Assembly: GCA_948442015.1 (NCBI GenBank)
Contig: CAOJRP010000001.1
Location: forward strand, 29,617 to 93,616
Length of the DNA: 64,000 bases
DNA from: an uncultured Erysipelotrichaceae bacterium
Lineage (GTDB): Bacteria; Bacillota_I; Bacilli_A; RF39; UBA660
Reading direction: 5' to 3'
The notes under the pieces were generated by a model. It ran no database searches, was not told the DNA's origin, and saw only the letters and a program-made list of their open reading frames with translations. The position numbers were made by a program, and so were the translations under genes. Below are positions 37,375 to 47,203 of this stretch, one piece after another (within the stretch, counting starts at the first letter, position 1; every line of letters starts with the position of its first letter).

Positions 37375-38225
37375 TTCATTCCCACCTTCATTCCAAGTAA
37401 CCTAGCTAGCATATCAAAAGGATATCTAAATAAAAGGAAAAATCTTTTTTCTTGCCATATTCTTTTGAAAATATAAAAAGCTAAGTCTTTACCGCTGTCT
37501 GTAGTACCATATCGATTTAAATAGCTATTTTCTTTAAAAAACTTACCGGTAAGTTTATATCTATCATAAATTTGCTTTAAAGTAAATTTATGAGAATGGA
37601 TGACTTCGGAATCAGCACAATATTTTATTTTATAACCAGCCATTATAACTTTGTAAGCAAAATACATATCTTCACTTATAGATAAATTTTTATTATCATA
37701 CCCTTTTAATTTTACAAAGACATCTTTTAAAATAGCCGAAGATGCATCGCTAAAAAAGAAAGTTCTCAATCCCAATTTTTCAATATCCTTTTTAGAAACA
37801 ACACTTGATTTATTAGGATAATTTTTTTCTCTGGTATATTTTTCTATATTATTATATTTTGGTAATTGCCTTGAATAACTTGCTACAACCTCTTCGTTAA
37901 GAGGTGAAACTAAATTATAAAGCCAGTCATCTCTTTTTATTATAACATCTTGGGTTACGAAGACTAATACATCTGCTTTACTTAAAAAAGCCTCTTTTTC
38001 TCTCACTAAGCTATGAGAAAAGTCTTTTTTAGCAATTTTTTTATATTTAATGTTATTTTTTATTAGTAAATTCTCCGTATTATCTGTACTTTCTGTTAAT
38101 ATATATCTAATATTTTCAAGAGTAACATTTTTTTGCCTAAGAAACGAATTATGTAAATTTATGATGTATTCTTCAGCATTATAAAGAGGACAAATAATAT
38201 CTATCGTTTTTTTCTTCATAAACAC
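37371..38225 (-). CDS. Glycosyltransferase family 2
   Basis: N-terminal IDIICPLYNAEEYI (GT-A Rossmann start). The likely true start is MKKKTIDII. Confidence 0.6.
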   Translation of the reverse strand: MFMKKKTIDIICPLYNAEEYIINLHNSFLRQKNVTLENIRYILTESTDNTENLLIKNNIKYKKIAKKDFSHSLVREKEAFLSKADVLVFVTQDVIIKRDDWLYNLVSPLNEEVVASYSRQLPKYNNIEKYTREKNYPNKSSVVSKKDIEKLGLRTFFFSDASSAILKDVFVKLKGYDNKNLSISEDMYFAYKVIMAGYKIKYCADSEVIHSHKFTLKQIYDRYKLTGKFFKENSYLNRYGTTDSGKDLAFYIFKRIWQEKRFFLLFRYPFDMLARLLGMKVGMK

Positions 38226-38294
38226 TCACATCTTTCGCTATCTTAATTATAACAAAAAAAATAACTCATGACACTAAAAAAGATAACTTTTAAG

Positions 38295-39272
38295 TTACCT
38301 TTCTCCCTCTTCTAACATAGTCACTATACTAATTCCGTATCCTTTTTTGACATCATCGACAATTACATGAGTAACTGCTCCGATAATTTTATCATCTTGA
38401 ATGATTGGACTTCCACTCATTCCTTGGACAACCCCACCTGTCGCATTTAACAGCTCTTCATCAATAATTTCAAAATAGAAATTTTTGATTTTACTATCTT
38501 TATCTATTTTAGAAATATTAATTTTATATTCCTTTTCAGCACTTCCATTTAAAACAGTATAAATACTAGCTTCTCCAAGTTCTACTTCGGAAATATTTGC
38601 CACTTTCTTAGAATCTTTTGAAGGTAAATTACTACTATAAAGTCCAAATATTCCCGAACTAGTGTTTTTAGTTACTGTACCTAGTTCCGTATTATAATCT
38701 ATTTTAGCTTTCTTAGAACCTGGAACTCCATCGGTACTTTTAACAATTTTTACCACTTCACTATCAAAAATATTCCCTGTTTTAACTTCAATTCTTTTAT
38801 TTGTATTACTTTCTAATATTTCATGGCCTAAAGCACCATATATTTTACTTTCTGGGTCAATATATGTAAGGGTACCTATTCCATTTAAGCTATCTTTAAC
38901 ATATAAACCTGTCTTATAAATTCCATCAAATAAAGATACTTCTAACTCTGTTTTATATTCTTTATTATCTTTTACAAAAGTTACTTCAACTATATTATTT
39001 TTAATATTTTTATCTATTGCAGTAACAAGTTCATTAACTGTATTAACACTCTCATTACCAATTTTAATAATACTATCTCCAGCTTCTAAATTAGTTTTTG
39101 GATATTCCCCATTAACTTTATAGAAACCGACAACCATAATACCTTTATTATATACCTCTATACCAATATTTTCGCCCCCAGGGATTATATAATTAGAATA
39201 AGCTAGTACTTGTAAAGGCATTAAAAATGTCAATAAACTAAATATTATAAATCTCTTTTTCATCATTACCAC
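38295..39272 (-). CDS. spoIVB: SpoIVB-like S55 serine peptidase (signal peptide + PDZ + peptidase)
   Basis: PDZ (GDSIIKIGNESVNTVNELV), then GTLTYIDPESKIYGALGHEI and catalytic GMSGSPII. Position after nusB-xseA-xseB mirrors the B. subtilis spoIVB neighbourhood. Confidence 0.65.
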   Translation of the reverse strand: MVMMKKRFIIFSLLTFLMPLQVLAYSNYIIPGGENIGIEVYNKGIMVVGFYKVNGEYPKTNLEAGDSIIKIGNESVNTVNELVTAIDKNIKNNIVEVTFVKDNKEYKTELEVSLFDGIYKTGLYVKDSLNGIGTLTYIDPESKIYGALGHEILESNTNKRIEVKTGNIFDSEVVKIVKSTDGVPGSKKAKIDYNTELGTVTKNTSSGIFGLYSSNLPSKDSKKVANISEVELGEASIYTVLNGSAEKEYKINISKIDKDSKIKNFYFEIIDEELLNATGGVVQGMSGSPIIQDDKIIGAVTHVIVDDVKKGYGISIVTMLEEGER

Positions 39273-39429
39273 CTAACTTTATTATGGCAATAATAAATAA
39301 TCTTATCACACCAAAAAATGGCAATTATTTGAGAAACATTGCCATCTATAATTTATTCCTAATTAAGATAAATTTACGACTTTTTCAAAGGAATATTTGC
39401 TATACATATATATTTTTTCAAAGGAATAA

Positions 39430-39729
39430 TTAATCCTCAATATTTTTAAGCTTTTTCTTAATTAATAAAATCAAATCATAAGGTGCATTCATTTTATGAA
39501 GGAGATACAAACTATCTTGTAATTTTCTTTTTAAAGGTAAATTTTCAACTTTTCGACATTCACTATCATAATCACATGAAAAAGATGGGTTAGCTTTAAT
39601 AAAATCTCTTATATAGTCCTCAATTTCTTTTAAAACATAAACTTTTGTCCCATATTCATCCATCTCTGCTACTCCATAATAAGCTCCCAAATAAATTCTT
39701 AATTCTTCAAGTAAAGTAATTTTATTCAT
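39430..39729 (-). CDS. Hypothetical protein
   Basis: 99-aa ORF overlapping the xseB end by 8 bp. Confidence 0.4.
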   Translation of the reverse strand: MNKITLLEELRIYLGAYYGVAEMDEYGTKVYVLKEIEDYIRDFIKANPSFSCDYDSECRKVENLPLKRKLQDSLYLLHKMNAPYDLILLIKKKLKNIED

Positions 39730-39958
39730 CTTTAATATCGAAATCTTCTAAAGTACCATCACTATTTAAGATTTTATTAACTCTATCTTGGGCACTTTTT
39801 AATTTTTCCCCACAATATTTAACTAATTTCATCGCTTCGCTGTATTTATCAATAGCTTCTTCTAAAGGTGTTTTCCCTTCTTCTAATTCTTTAACAATTA
39901 TTTCTAATTCTTTTAAAGCATCTTCAAAGCTTTTTTCTTCATTTTTCATTTTCATCAC
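39722..39958 (-). CDS. xseB: Exodeoxyribonuclease VII small subunit
   Basis: SFEDALKELEIIVKELEEGKTPLEEAIDKYSEAMKLVKYCGEKL. Overlaps xseA. Confidence 0.75.
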   Translation of the reverse strand: MMKMKNEEKSFEDALKELEIIVKELEEGKTPLEEAIDKYSEAMKLVKYCGEKLKSAQDRVNKILNSDGTLEDFDIKDE

Positions 39959-41216
39959 TCTTTTCTATAATTTTAGCTTTTAACGCACCTTGATGTAATC
40001 TTATATCTATTATATCATCTTTCTTTAAAGCTGTACTTTCTTTAATAACGTTATCATTAATAGACACAATACTATAACCTTTACTTAAGATATTTAAGGG
40101 ATTTACTAGTTTTAAAGTATTTACTAACATTGTATATTGATGTTCCATCTTTTCAAATAAACTCTGAGGATTTTTAATTACGTAATTATTTTTAATATTA
40201 TCTAATCTAATTGTATAGTTATCTAGCATATTCGTAATATTCTTATTTAAAACATCAATAAAGTTATCTAATTTTTGTTCTTTTACTTCATACATGGACA
40301 TCGGATTTTTAAGAACAAAACTATCTTTTAAACTATCATATTGGACATTCATTTTTTTGATATAGTTATTAATCCCTTCATTAGCTCTAATCTTATATTG
40401 ACTAAGTAGATTATTAATATCAGTTAGGTTAGGAACGGCCATCTCGGCTGCTCCAGTAGGAGTTGGAGCCCTTAAATCAGCAACAAAATCAGCAATTGTA
40501 AAATCGACTTCATGCCCAACAGCACTGATTATAGGAATGTTACAGGCGTAGATTTCTCTTGCTACACATTCTTCATTAAAAGCCCATAAGTCTTCAATAG
40601 AGCCACCACCTCGACCACAGATGATAACATCTAAATCATATTCCCGAGCTTTCTGTAGTTGTTTAACAATACTATCTTTGGCAGTTGCTCCTTGAACTAG
40701 TGCTGGAAATAAAATTGTTTTACAAATTGGGTATCTTCTTTTAATTGTACTCAAAATATCTCTTATTGCAGCACCTGTTGGGGCGGTAATTATCCCAATC
40801 GTTTTCGGAAATCTAGGAATTTCTTTTTTATGACTAGGGTCAAATAAACCTTCACTTTGCAATTTCTTTTTTAATTTTTCATATTCGAGGTAAAGATTTC
40901 CAATTCCATCTTCGCTCATTTCGGTAACATATATTTGATATCCACCATTTGCTTCATAGACTGCTACTCGACCATGAACTAGCACTTTCATTCCATCAAC
41001 AGGTTCAAAATTGATTTTAGAGGCATAGCTATTAAACATAACGGCCGCAATACGACTAGTTTCATCTTTTAAAGTAAAATAAAAATGTCCTCTTGTATGA
41101 TGTTTAAAATTACTTATTTCTCCTTTGATATAAATATCTAATAGAGCTGGTTCTCTTTCAAACATGTTTTTAATAGCTCGATTTAAAGCTGTAATACTAT
41201 AATATTTATTATCCAT
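39939..41216 (-). CDS. xseA: Exodeoxyribonuclease VII large subunit
   Basis: OB-fold N-terminus (YIKGEISNFKHHTRGHFYFTLKDE), catalytic core, 425 aa. Confidence 0.85.
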   Translation of the reverse strand: MDNKYYSITALNRAIKNMFEREPALLDIYIKGEISNFKHHTRGHFYFTLKDETSRIAAVMFNSYASKINFEPVDGMKVLVHGRVAVYEANGGYQIYVTEMSEDGIGNLYLEYEKLKKKLQSEGLFDPSHKKEIPRFPKTIGIITAPTGAAIRDILSTIKRRYPICKTILFPALVQGATAKDSIVKQLQKAREYDLDVIICGRGGGSIEDLWAFNEECVAREIYACNIPIISAVGHEVDFTIADFVADLRAPTPTGAAEMAVPNLTDINNLLSQYKIRANEGINNYIKKMNVQYDSLKDSFVLKNPMSMYEVKEQKLDNFIDVLNKNITNMLDNYTIRLDNIKNNYVIKNPQSLFEKMEHQYTMLVNTLKLVNPLNILSKGYSIVSINDNVIKESTALKKDDIIDIRLHQGALKAKIIEKSDENEK

Positions 41217-42140
41217 TTAATCACCTAGTTTCTTATTTTCTTGATAATTTTCTATAACTTCCTCTATTTCTTTTTTATTTTGATTGAATATTTGAAATAT
41301 TCTTTTGATATATTCTTCATTTGGTTTATGATTAGTTCTTTCTATTGCTTTTTTTATCGCATTACCTAATAATGCACCATCTATTTTATTAAATAGATGG
41401 TTAAATTCTAAGATAAATTCACTACTAGACAATCTCATATACTCTTCTAAATCTTCTTTAATAGTATTATCTTTACCATAAGTTGTTTGAAGTATTATAT
41501 CATCTGTCTCAAAAAATCTTGTATTATCAAAATAAGGACTTAAGGAAATTTCTTTAACATTCTCCATAATTTCCCAGTTATGAGCAAGGTCATCATTATT
41601 AAGGAGGATTAAATCAATATTTCTTTTTATTACTAAATCTTGCATTAATTTTTTAACAATTTCATAAACATTTTCTCTATCTCGATAATGATAATATAAG
41701 GCATCCCAAATTATATCTAAACGGCTATAAGCATCTTCATCATCCATAAAATCTATCTTCTCATCGGGTAATAAATCCTCAAATTTATCATTAGTTTCTA
41801 AATAGTCATAATATTCTTTTAATATCGTATAGCCTTTGATGTATTTCGTATCTTTTTCTTTATAATCATAAGAAATAACACCTTTAATTCCATTAAAGAT
41901 AGCTAAATCATAATGAGCACAAGGAATGCCCAATATGTTTAATATTTCTTCAGCGATAAGTTCATTAAACTCATTTCCCCCACAAAGCTTAAAGAAGACT
42001 GATTTGTTATTTTCTATTTCTAACCAAAATCTTAACTTTCCTTCTTTAACACCTTTTGAAGAACTTTGAAATTTTTCTGTTTCTCTTTCTTCTTCAGCAA
42101 TATAATCATCTAAAATGATATAACCATTAACTCTATTCAT
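41217..42140 (-). CDS. Hypothetical protein
   Basis: 307-aa ORF between nusB and xseA. Confidence 0.45.
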   Translation of the reverse strand: MNRVNGYIILDDYIAEEERETEKFQSSSKGVKEGKLRFWLEIENNKSVFFKLCGGNEFNELIAEEILNILGIPCAHYDLAIFNGIKGVISYDYKEKDTKYIKGYTILKEYYDYLETNDKFEDLLPDEKIDFMDDEDAYSRLDIIWDALYYHYRDRENVYEIVKKLMQDLVIKRNIDLILLNNDDLAHNWEIMENVKEISLSPYFDNTRFFETDDIILQTTYGKDNTIKEDLEEYMRLSSSEFILEFNHLFNKIDGALLGNAIKKAIERTNHKPNEEYIKRIFQIFNQNKKEIEEVIENYQENKKLGD

Positions 42141-42528
42141 TCACAATCTTATCCAATACGGCATTAATTATTTTTCGAACATTATCATCACTATATTTCT
42201 TAGCTAGTTCAATAGCTTCATTAATTGAGACAATAGAAGGTGTATCCGTATATTTAATTTCATAAATAGCAATACGAAGAATTGCCGCCCCAGTCTTATC
42301 GATTCTTGAAATATCCCACTCTTTCATATATTTATTAGCTAAATCATCTATAACACTTTGATAAGTAACTACACCATAAACTAAAGATTTAACAAATTCA
42401 TTATCTATTTCTAAATTATTATTAATATAGTCATCAACTGTCCAAGAAACATCACTTTTACTCATCGTATCTATTTGATATAAAATAACCATTGCTTTTT
42501 CTCTTAATTCACTTCTTGACTTACCCAT
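42133..42528 (-). CDS. nusB: Transcription antitermination factor NusB
   Basis: SRSELREKAMVILYQ...AILRIAIYEI. 131 aa. Confidence 0.85.
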   Translation of the reverse strand: MGKSRSELREKAMVILYQIDTMSKSDVSWTVDDYINNNLEIDNEFVKSLVYGVVTYQSVIDDLANKYMKEWDISRIDKTGAAILRIAIYEIKYTDTPSIVSINEAIELAKKYSDDNVRKIINAVLDKIVNE

Positions 42529-42604
42529 AAGTGTCTCACCTCACCTTTTTAATTATAACAAAAAAACTAGGCTTTAACTACCTAATTTTACTAAAATTTA
42601 TTTT

Positions 42605-43873
42605 TTATTTTTTATTTTTAATATTTTCAATGAAAGTATTTCCATCACCTGCAGAAACAAATTCTTTTAAATCATAATCTTTTATTGTTTGCTCTCCAAT
42701 CATAATGCGATGTAACTCAAATAGTGTCACCTCATCTATTTCTTCATCAAACAAATTTTCAAATAAGTCTTTAGTTCTTTCATAACTTTCATCAATAAAC
42801 TCCTTGGGACTTTCATCTTTAAATTGTTTTCCATATAATTTATAATAAACTTCATCTTGAATTTTAAATGGAGCTTTATCATCATAAGAATAAAGATTGG
42901 CGATATTTAAAAAAGTCTCACTATATAGTTTTTTATAAATATCTTTGGACAGAAATCTAGCATATTTCTTTTTAATCCTTTTTATACTTTTTAAATATCC
43001 AAAAGTATTAGCCCGATGTTCTAAATACATATCGCCGAGAAATGGTGATAGAGAAAAATGTATTCCTGTAATTATATCTATACATTTGATTGAATTAATA
43101 AAATAATTAAACTCTTTTATTTGTATTTGATGTTTATAAGATGGTGCTAATACATTATAAGAAGAACGAATTTTATGCATAAAGGCATGGTCGAGTTCAT
43201 GTTCAATTACTTGTAGTAACATTCTATTTTTTATCGTTACTGAACTTAAATTATTTTTTTTAAAATAATCATTCAAAGTATTATAAGATATATTAATCAG
43301 TTTCTTTTTAAAATAAAAGTATGCTAATCCACCTTCCTTTTTAAATTTTATTTCTTTAACAACATCATCAAGATTATCTTCTAAAACGGCATCAATAATA
43401 TAGAATTTAATCATACTTTTTGATAATACATCTAAAGAAAAATATTTACTTATTAAATCATAAATTAATTCTTTAATACTTTCCATATTATCATTTTTTA
43501 AACATAATTTAATAATTTCATCAGTAAATATCTTTAAAGATATAATGTCTAAACCTTTAAAAGGTTTATTTAATATTTCATAAATCTTATAAACATCATT
43601 TTCGTTAAATTCTTCATCTTGAGAAAGAATTTTATTTAATATTTCAAATAATTGCAAAGAGTAGAATGCTGTCTGTTTCTCTTTTTTTATAAATTTATCA
43701 AAGCAACTATTAGAAACAATTTTCTTACATATTTCTTCGTTTTCATAATATTTGTGAAGTAGTAAAACCAGTTCTTCGTACTCTAATATATCTAAATTTA
43801 TTTTACTAAATTGATTATTTTGAATTTTAATTTGAAGTAATTTTACCTTTTCTTTTAATTCGTTTATCCGCAT
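42605..43873 (-). CDS. Hypothetical protein with an HExxH motif (HELDHAFMH)
   Basis: Single zincin-like motif. Otherwise unrecognised. Confidence 0.45.
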   Translation of the reverse strand: MRINELKEKVKLLQIKIQNNQFSKINLDILEYEELVLLLHKYYENEEICKKIVSNSCFDKFIKKEKQTAFYSLQLFEILNKILSQDEEFNENDVYKIYEILNKPFKGLDIISLKIFTDEIIKLCLKNDNMESIKELIYDLISKYFSLDVLSKSMIKFYIIDAVLEDNLDDVVKEIKFKKEGGLAYFYFKKKLINISYNTLNDYFKKNNLSSVTIKNRMLLQVIEHELDHAFMHKIRSSYNVLAPSYKHQIQIKEFNYFINSIKCIDIITGIHFSLSPFLGDMYLEHRANTFGYLKSIKRIKKKYARFLSKDIYKKLYSETFLNIANLYSYDDKAPFKIQDEVYYKLYGKQFKDESPKEFIDESYERTKDLFENLFDEEIDEVTLFELHRIMIGEQTIKDYDLKEFVSAGDGNTFIENIKNKK

Positions 43874-43899
43874 TTTTTCGAAAATCCTTTCTAAAAATC

Positions 43900-44148
43900 C
43901 TAATTTTCATTATATATAGTAGCATTTTCAAAATCTTCATTATTTTTTATATCATTAATATTTTTTAATAAACCTTTAATACTATAAAGATAAAATGTCT
44001 CTTCTATACCATTCCACTTCTCTAAAGAAATTAAAACAGCATTTTTATCCTTATCGTTTACAATTGTAATAGAAGTATCTTTTTCATTTACCTCATCCAC
44101 AAGTTTATCCAAATTTCTTTTTGCTTTACTGATTTTAATATATTTCAT
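43900..44148 (-). CDS. Phd/YefM-like antitoxin-fold protein (orphan)
   Basis: AKRNLDKLVDEVNEKDTSITIVNDKDKNAVLISLEKWNGIEETFYL matches the YefM pattern (...AVLISxEEYESLEETLYL). Confidence 0.45.
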   Translation of the reverse strand: MKYIKISKAKRNLDKLVDEVNEKDTSITIVNDKDKNAVLISLEKWNGIEETFYLYSIKGLLKNINDIKNNEDFENATIYNEN

Positions 44149-44672
44149 TATGTTACCCCTTTTTCAATGCTACTAAAAGTCTTTTCTACTTCTTGAGGTT
44201 TTGTAAATCTAAGTCCTTTCGTAATTTCTAAAAATTTTAACTGTTTATCTTTTACTTCTTGACTTACATTACTATTTATTATTTCTTCTTCTGTAACTTT
44301 CTTTTTACGATAGAATATCTTTAAATCTTTATCTTCGGGATTAAAACCATCGATTTTAACTCGATACCAAGCACCAAGTCCTTCTACATACTCATAAACC
44401 ATATTAGGAAGTTCATAGCTACTAATGTACCTATCAAGAACTTTCACAAAAACTAAATCCATTTCTAAAATATCACTATTTTTATCAAGTCTTGTATCTT
44501 TTATTACCTCATTTTTTCCATTTACTACTTCCATAATAACTTCTTCTTCATCATACTTAAATATTTTAACAATAGCTCGTTCCCTCTTCGTTATATACTT
44601 ACTTAAAGCTAGTTCGTAAATATCATGGTGAAGTTTATCCGTTAGAAAATAAAACTCGTCTTCATAATACAT
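44148..44672 (-). CDS. Hypothetical protein
   Basis: 174-aa ORF whose start and stop overlap its neighbours by 1 nt each. Confidence 0.45.
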   Translation of the reverse strand: MYYEDEFYFLTDKLHHDIYELALSKYITKRERAIVKIFKYDEEEVIMEVVNGKNEVIKDTRLDKNSDILEMDLVFVKVLDRYISSYELPNMVYEYVEGLGAWYRVKIDGFNPEDKDLKIFYRKKKVTEEEIINSNVSQEVKDKQLKFLEITKGLRFTKPQEVEKTFSSIEKGVT

Positions 44673-47203
44673 TACTTATCTAGCTCCTTAAGTTCATAAA
44701 GTAAATTAATCGCCTCCATTGGAGTTATCTTTAATGGGTCAATATCTTTTAGTTTTGTCAAGACTTTATTTTCTTCCTCGACCTCAAAATCAAAAGATAC
44801 TTGAACACCACTACTTGTATTAATCTTGTCATTATCTTCATATATTTTTAATATTTCATTACTTCTTTTCAGTAAACTATCAGGCATTCCAGCAAGTCGT
44901 GCTACATGGATTCCATAGCTTTTGTCAACTGGGCCATCTTTTACTTGATGTAAAAAAGTAACTTTTCCATCTTGCTCTTTAGCTTCCACATGAACATTTT
45001 TAATACTCTTAAAGTTATCACTCAAACTCGTTAATTCATGGTAATGAGTACTAAACAAAGTCTTACATTTTATAAATGTATTAATATATTCCAAAATTGC
45101 TTGTGCAAGTGATATTCCATCATAAGTAGCAGTACCTCTTCCTAATTCATCAAATAAAATTAAACTTTTCTCTGTCGCATTACAAATTGCATTTTTAGCT
45201 TCTTTCATTTCCACCATAAAAGTGGATTCCCCAGAAACTAAATCATCTGATGCACCAATACGGGTAAATATTTGGTCAAATAAAGGCATTGTACATTTCT
45301 TCGCTGGAACAAAAGAACCTATTTGCGCCATAATAATTGTTATCGCTAACTGTCTCATATAAGTCGATTTACCACTCATATTAGGACCAGTTATTAAAAG
45401 GGTATTTACTTCTTCATTCATTATAATATCATTAGCAATATAATCATCTTTTATTACTTTTTCAACTACTGGATGTCTTCCTTCGATGATTTCTAGCTTT
45501 CTTTCTTTAATAATTTCTGGTCTAACTAAATTGTATTCCTCGGCACATACTGCTAAACTAGTAATAGCATCTAATTCACTAATTATTTCAGCTACTTCTT
45601 TAAGTTTAATAATTTTCTTTTTTATACTCTCTTTTACTTCGTTAAATAAATTAAATTCTAATTCAATAATCTTTTCTTCGGCATTTAAAATTAAAGCTTC
45701 TTTTTCTTTTAAAGCAGGACTAATAAATCTCTCATAATTAGTTAGAGTCTGTCTTCGCTCATATCCAAAAGATGGGTCAACTAAATGAGCTTGGCCTTTA
45801 CTAATTTCAATATAGTATCCAAATACTTTGGTATAACCAACTTTTAAAGTTTTAATACCTGTTCTTTTTCTTTCTTCCTCTTCTAAAGCCGCAATAAAGT
45901 CTTTGCCGCCACTGCGAATTTTTTTAAGTTCATCTAATTCACTATTATAGCCATCTTTAATTAAATATCCTTCTTTTAAGCCGATAGGAGGTTCTTCATA
46001 AATAGCATTATCAAGTAATTTGTATAAATCTTTAAATTCTTCAACTTCGTAAGGAAATCCTAACTTTTGAACATTTTTATTAATACTAGGTAAATAGATA
46101 AGAGATTTCTTTATTTGTAAGACGTCTCTTGCGTTTAGTACACCACATACTACTTTTCCACATAATCTTTCTAAATCGTATACTTCGTTTAAATCACTTC
46201 TTAACTCATCTAAAATAATAAACTCTTCATTAAGTTTCGTAATCATATCATATCTTTTAGTAATTGTTTGTTCATCTTTTAAGGGATTTAATATCCAATT
46301 TTTTAATTTTCTGCTTCCCATGGAAGTTTTACATTTATCTAAAAGCCAGACTAAACTATAGGTTCTTTCTTTGAGTCTTAATGTTTCAACTAATTCTAAA
46401 TTTCTAATAGTATGAATATCCATTCTTAAATAATCATCAGGATTAACGATAATTGCTTCTTTAATATGTTCTAATTCTTTTAATTGTTTAACTACTAAAT
46501 AATAAAGTAAATGTTTAATCCCAGTTATAAAACGATAGTCTTTAATATCCTTATAAATATTTTCGTACTTATTTTCTAAATATTCTCTATTTATTGATAC
46601 TTCTAAGCTATAGGCATTTTTTAAAAGACCTATGAGTTCTAAATCACCTTCGTCACTTAATACAACCTCTTTAATTCCTAAAGATAAGATTTTATTAATT
46701 AATTTTTCTTTATTATAAGTTAATTCCATTAAGAATAAGTCCCCTGTTGAAATATCCGCATAAGTTAAAATATAACTAGTTTTAAAATCTAGCACTGATG
46801 CTATGTAATTAGAGTCTTGGGAATTTAACATGTCATAATCAACTATTGTACCTTTACTATAAAGAGCTACAACGCCTCTTTTAACCATTCCCTTAGAATT
46901 TTTAGGATCTTCTAATTGCTCACATATAGCTACTTTATATCCCTTGCTTATTAATTTTTCAATATATGGCTTAACACTATGATAAGGAACTCCACACATT
47001 GGAACTTTTTCTTCTAATCCAGCATTTTTCCCAGTTAAAGTTAATTCTAATTCCCTACTACATAAAATTCCGTCTTCAAAAAATAACTCATAAAAATCTC
47101 CTAAACGATAAAATAATAATTCATCTTCATGTTCATCTTTAATTTCCATGTACTGCTTCATTCCAGGACTTAATTTTGTTCTATCTACTTCGTTTCTTTT
47201 CAT
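44672..47203 (-). CDS. mutS: DNA mismatch repair protein MutS
   Basis: Walker A GPNMSGKST, the mismatch-binding N-terminal domain, and the C-terminal HTH STHYHEL. 843 aa. Confidence 0.9.
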   Translation of the reverse strand: MKRNEVDRTKLSPGMKQYMEIKDEHEDELLFYRLGDFYELFFEDGILCSRELELTLTGKNAGLEEKVPMCGVPYHSVKPYIEKLISKGYKVAICEQLEDPKNSKGMVKRGVVALYSKGTIVDYDMLNSQDSNYIASVLDFKTSYILTYADISTGDLFLMELTYNKEKLINKILSLGIKEVVLSDEGDLELIGLLKNAYSLEVSINREYLENKYENIYKDIKDYRFITGIKHLLYYLVVKQLKELEHIKEAIIVNPDDYLRMDIHTIRNLELVETLRLKERTYSLVWLLDKCKTSMGSRKLKNWILNPLKDEQTITKRYDMITKLNEEFIILDELRSDLNEVYDLERLCGKVVCGVLNARDVLQIKKSLIYLPSINKNVQKLGFPYEVEEFKDLYKLLDNAIYEEPPIGLKEGYLIKDGYNSELDELKKIRSGGKDFIAALEEEERKRTGIKTLKVGYTKVFGYYIEISKGQAHLVDPSFGYERRQTLTNYERFISPALKEKEALILNAEEKIIELEFNLFNEVKESIKKKIIKLKEVAEIISELDAITSLAVCAEEYNLVRPEIIKERKLEIIEGRHPVVEKVIKDDYIANDIIMNEEVNTLLITGPNMSGKSTYMRQLAITIIMAQIGSFVPAKKCTMPLFDQIFTRIGASDDLVSGESTFMVEMKEAKNAICNATEKSLILFDELGRGTATYDGISLAQAILEYINTFIKCKTLFSTHYHELTSLSDNFKSIKNVHVEAKEQDGKVTFLHQVKDGPVDKSYGIHVARLAGMPDSLLKRSNEILKIYEDNDKINTSSGVQVSFDFEVEEENKVLTKLKDIDPLKITPMEAINLLYELKELDK

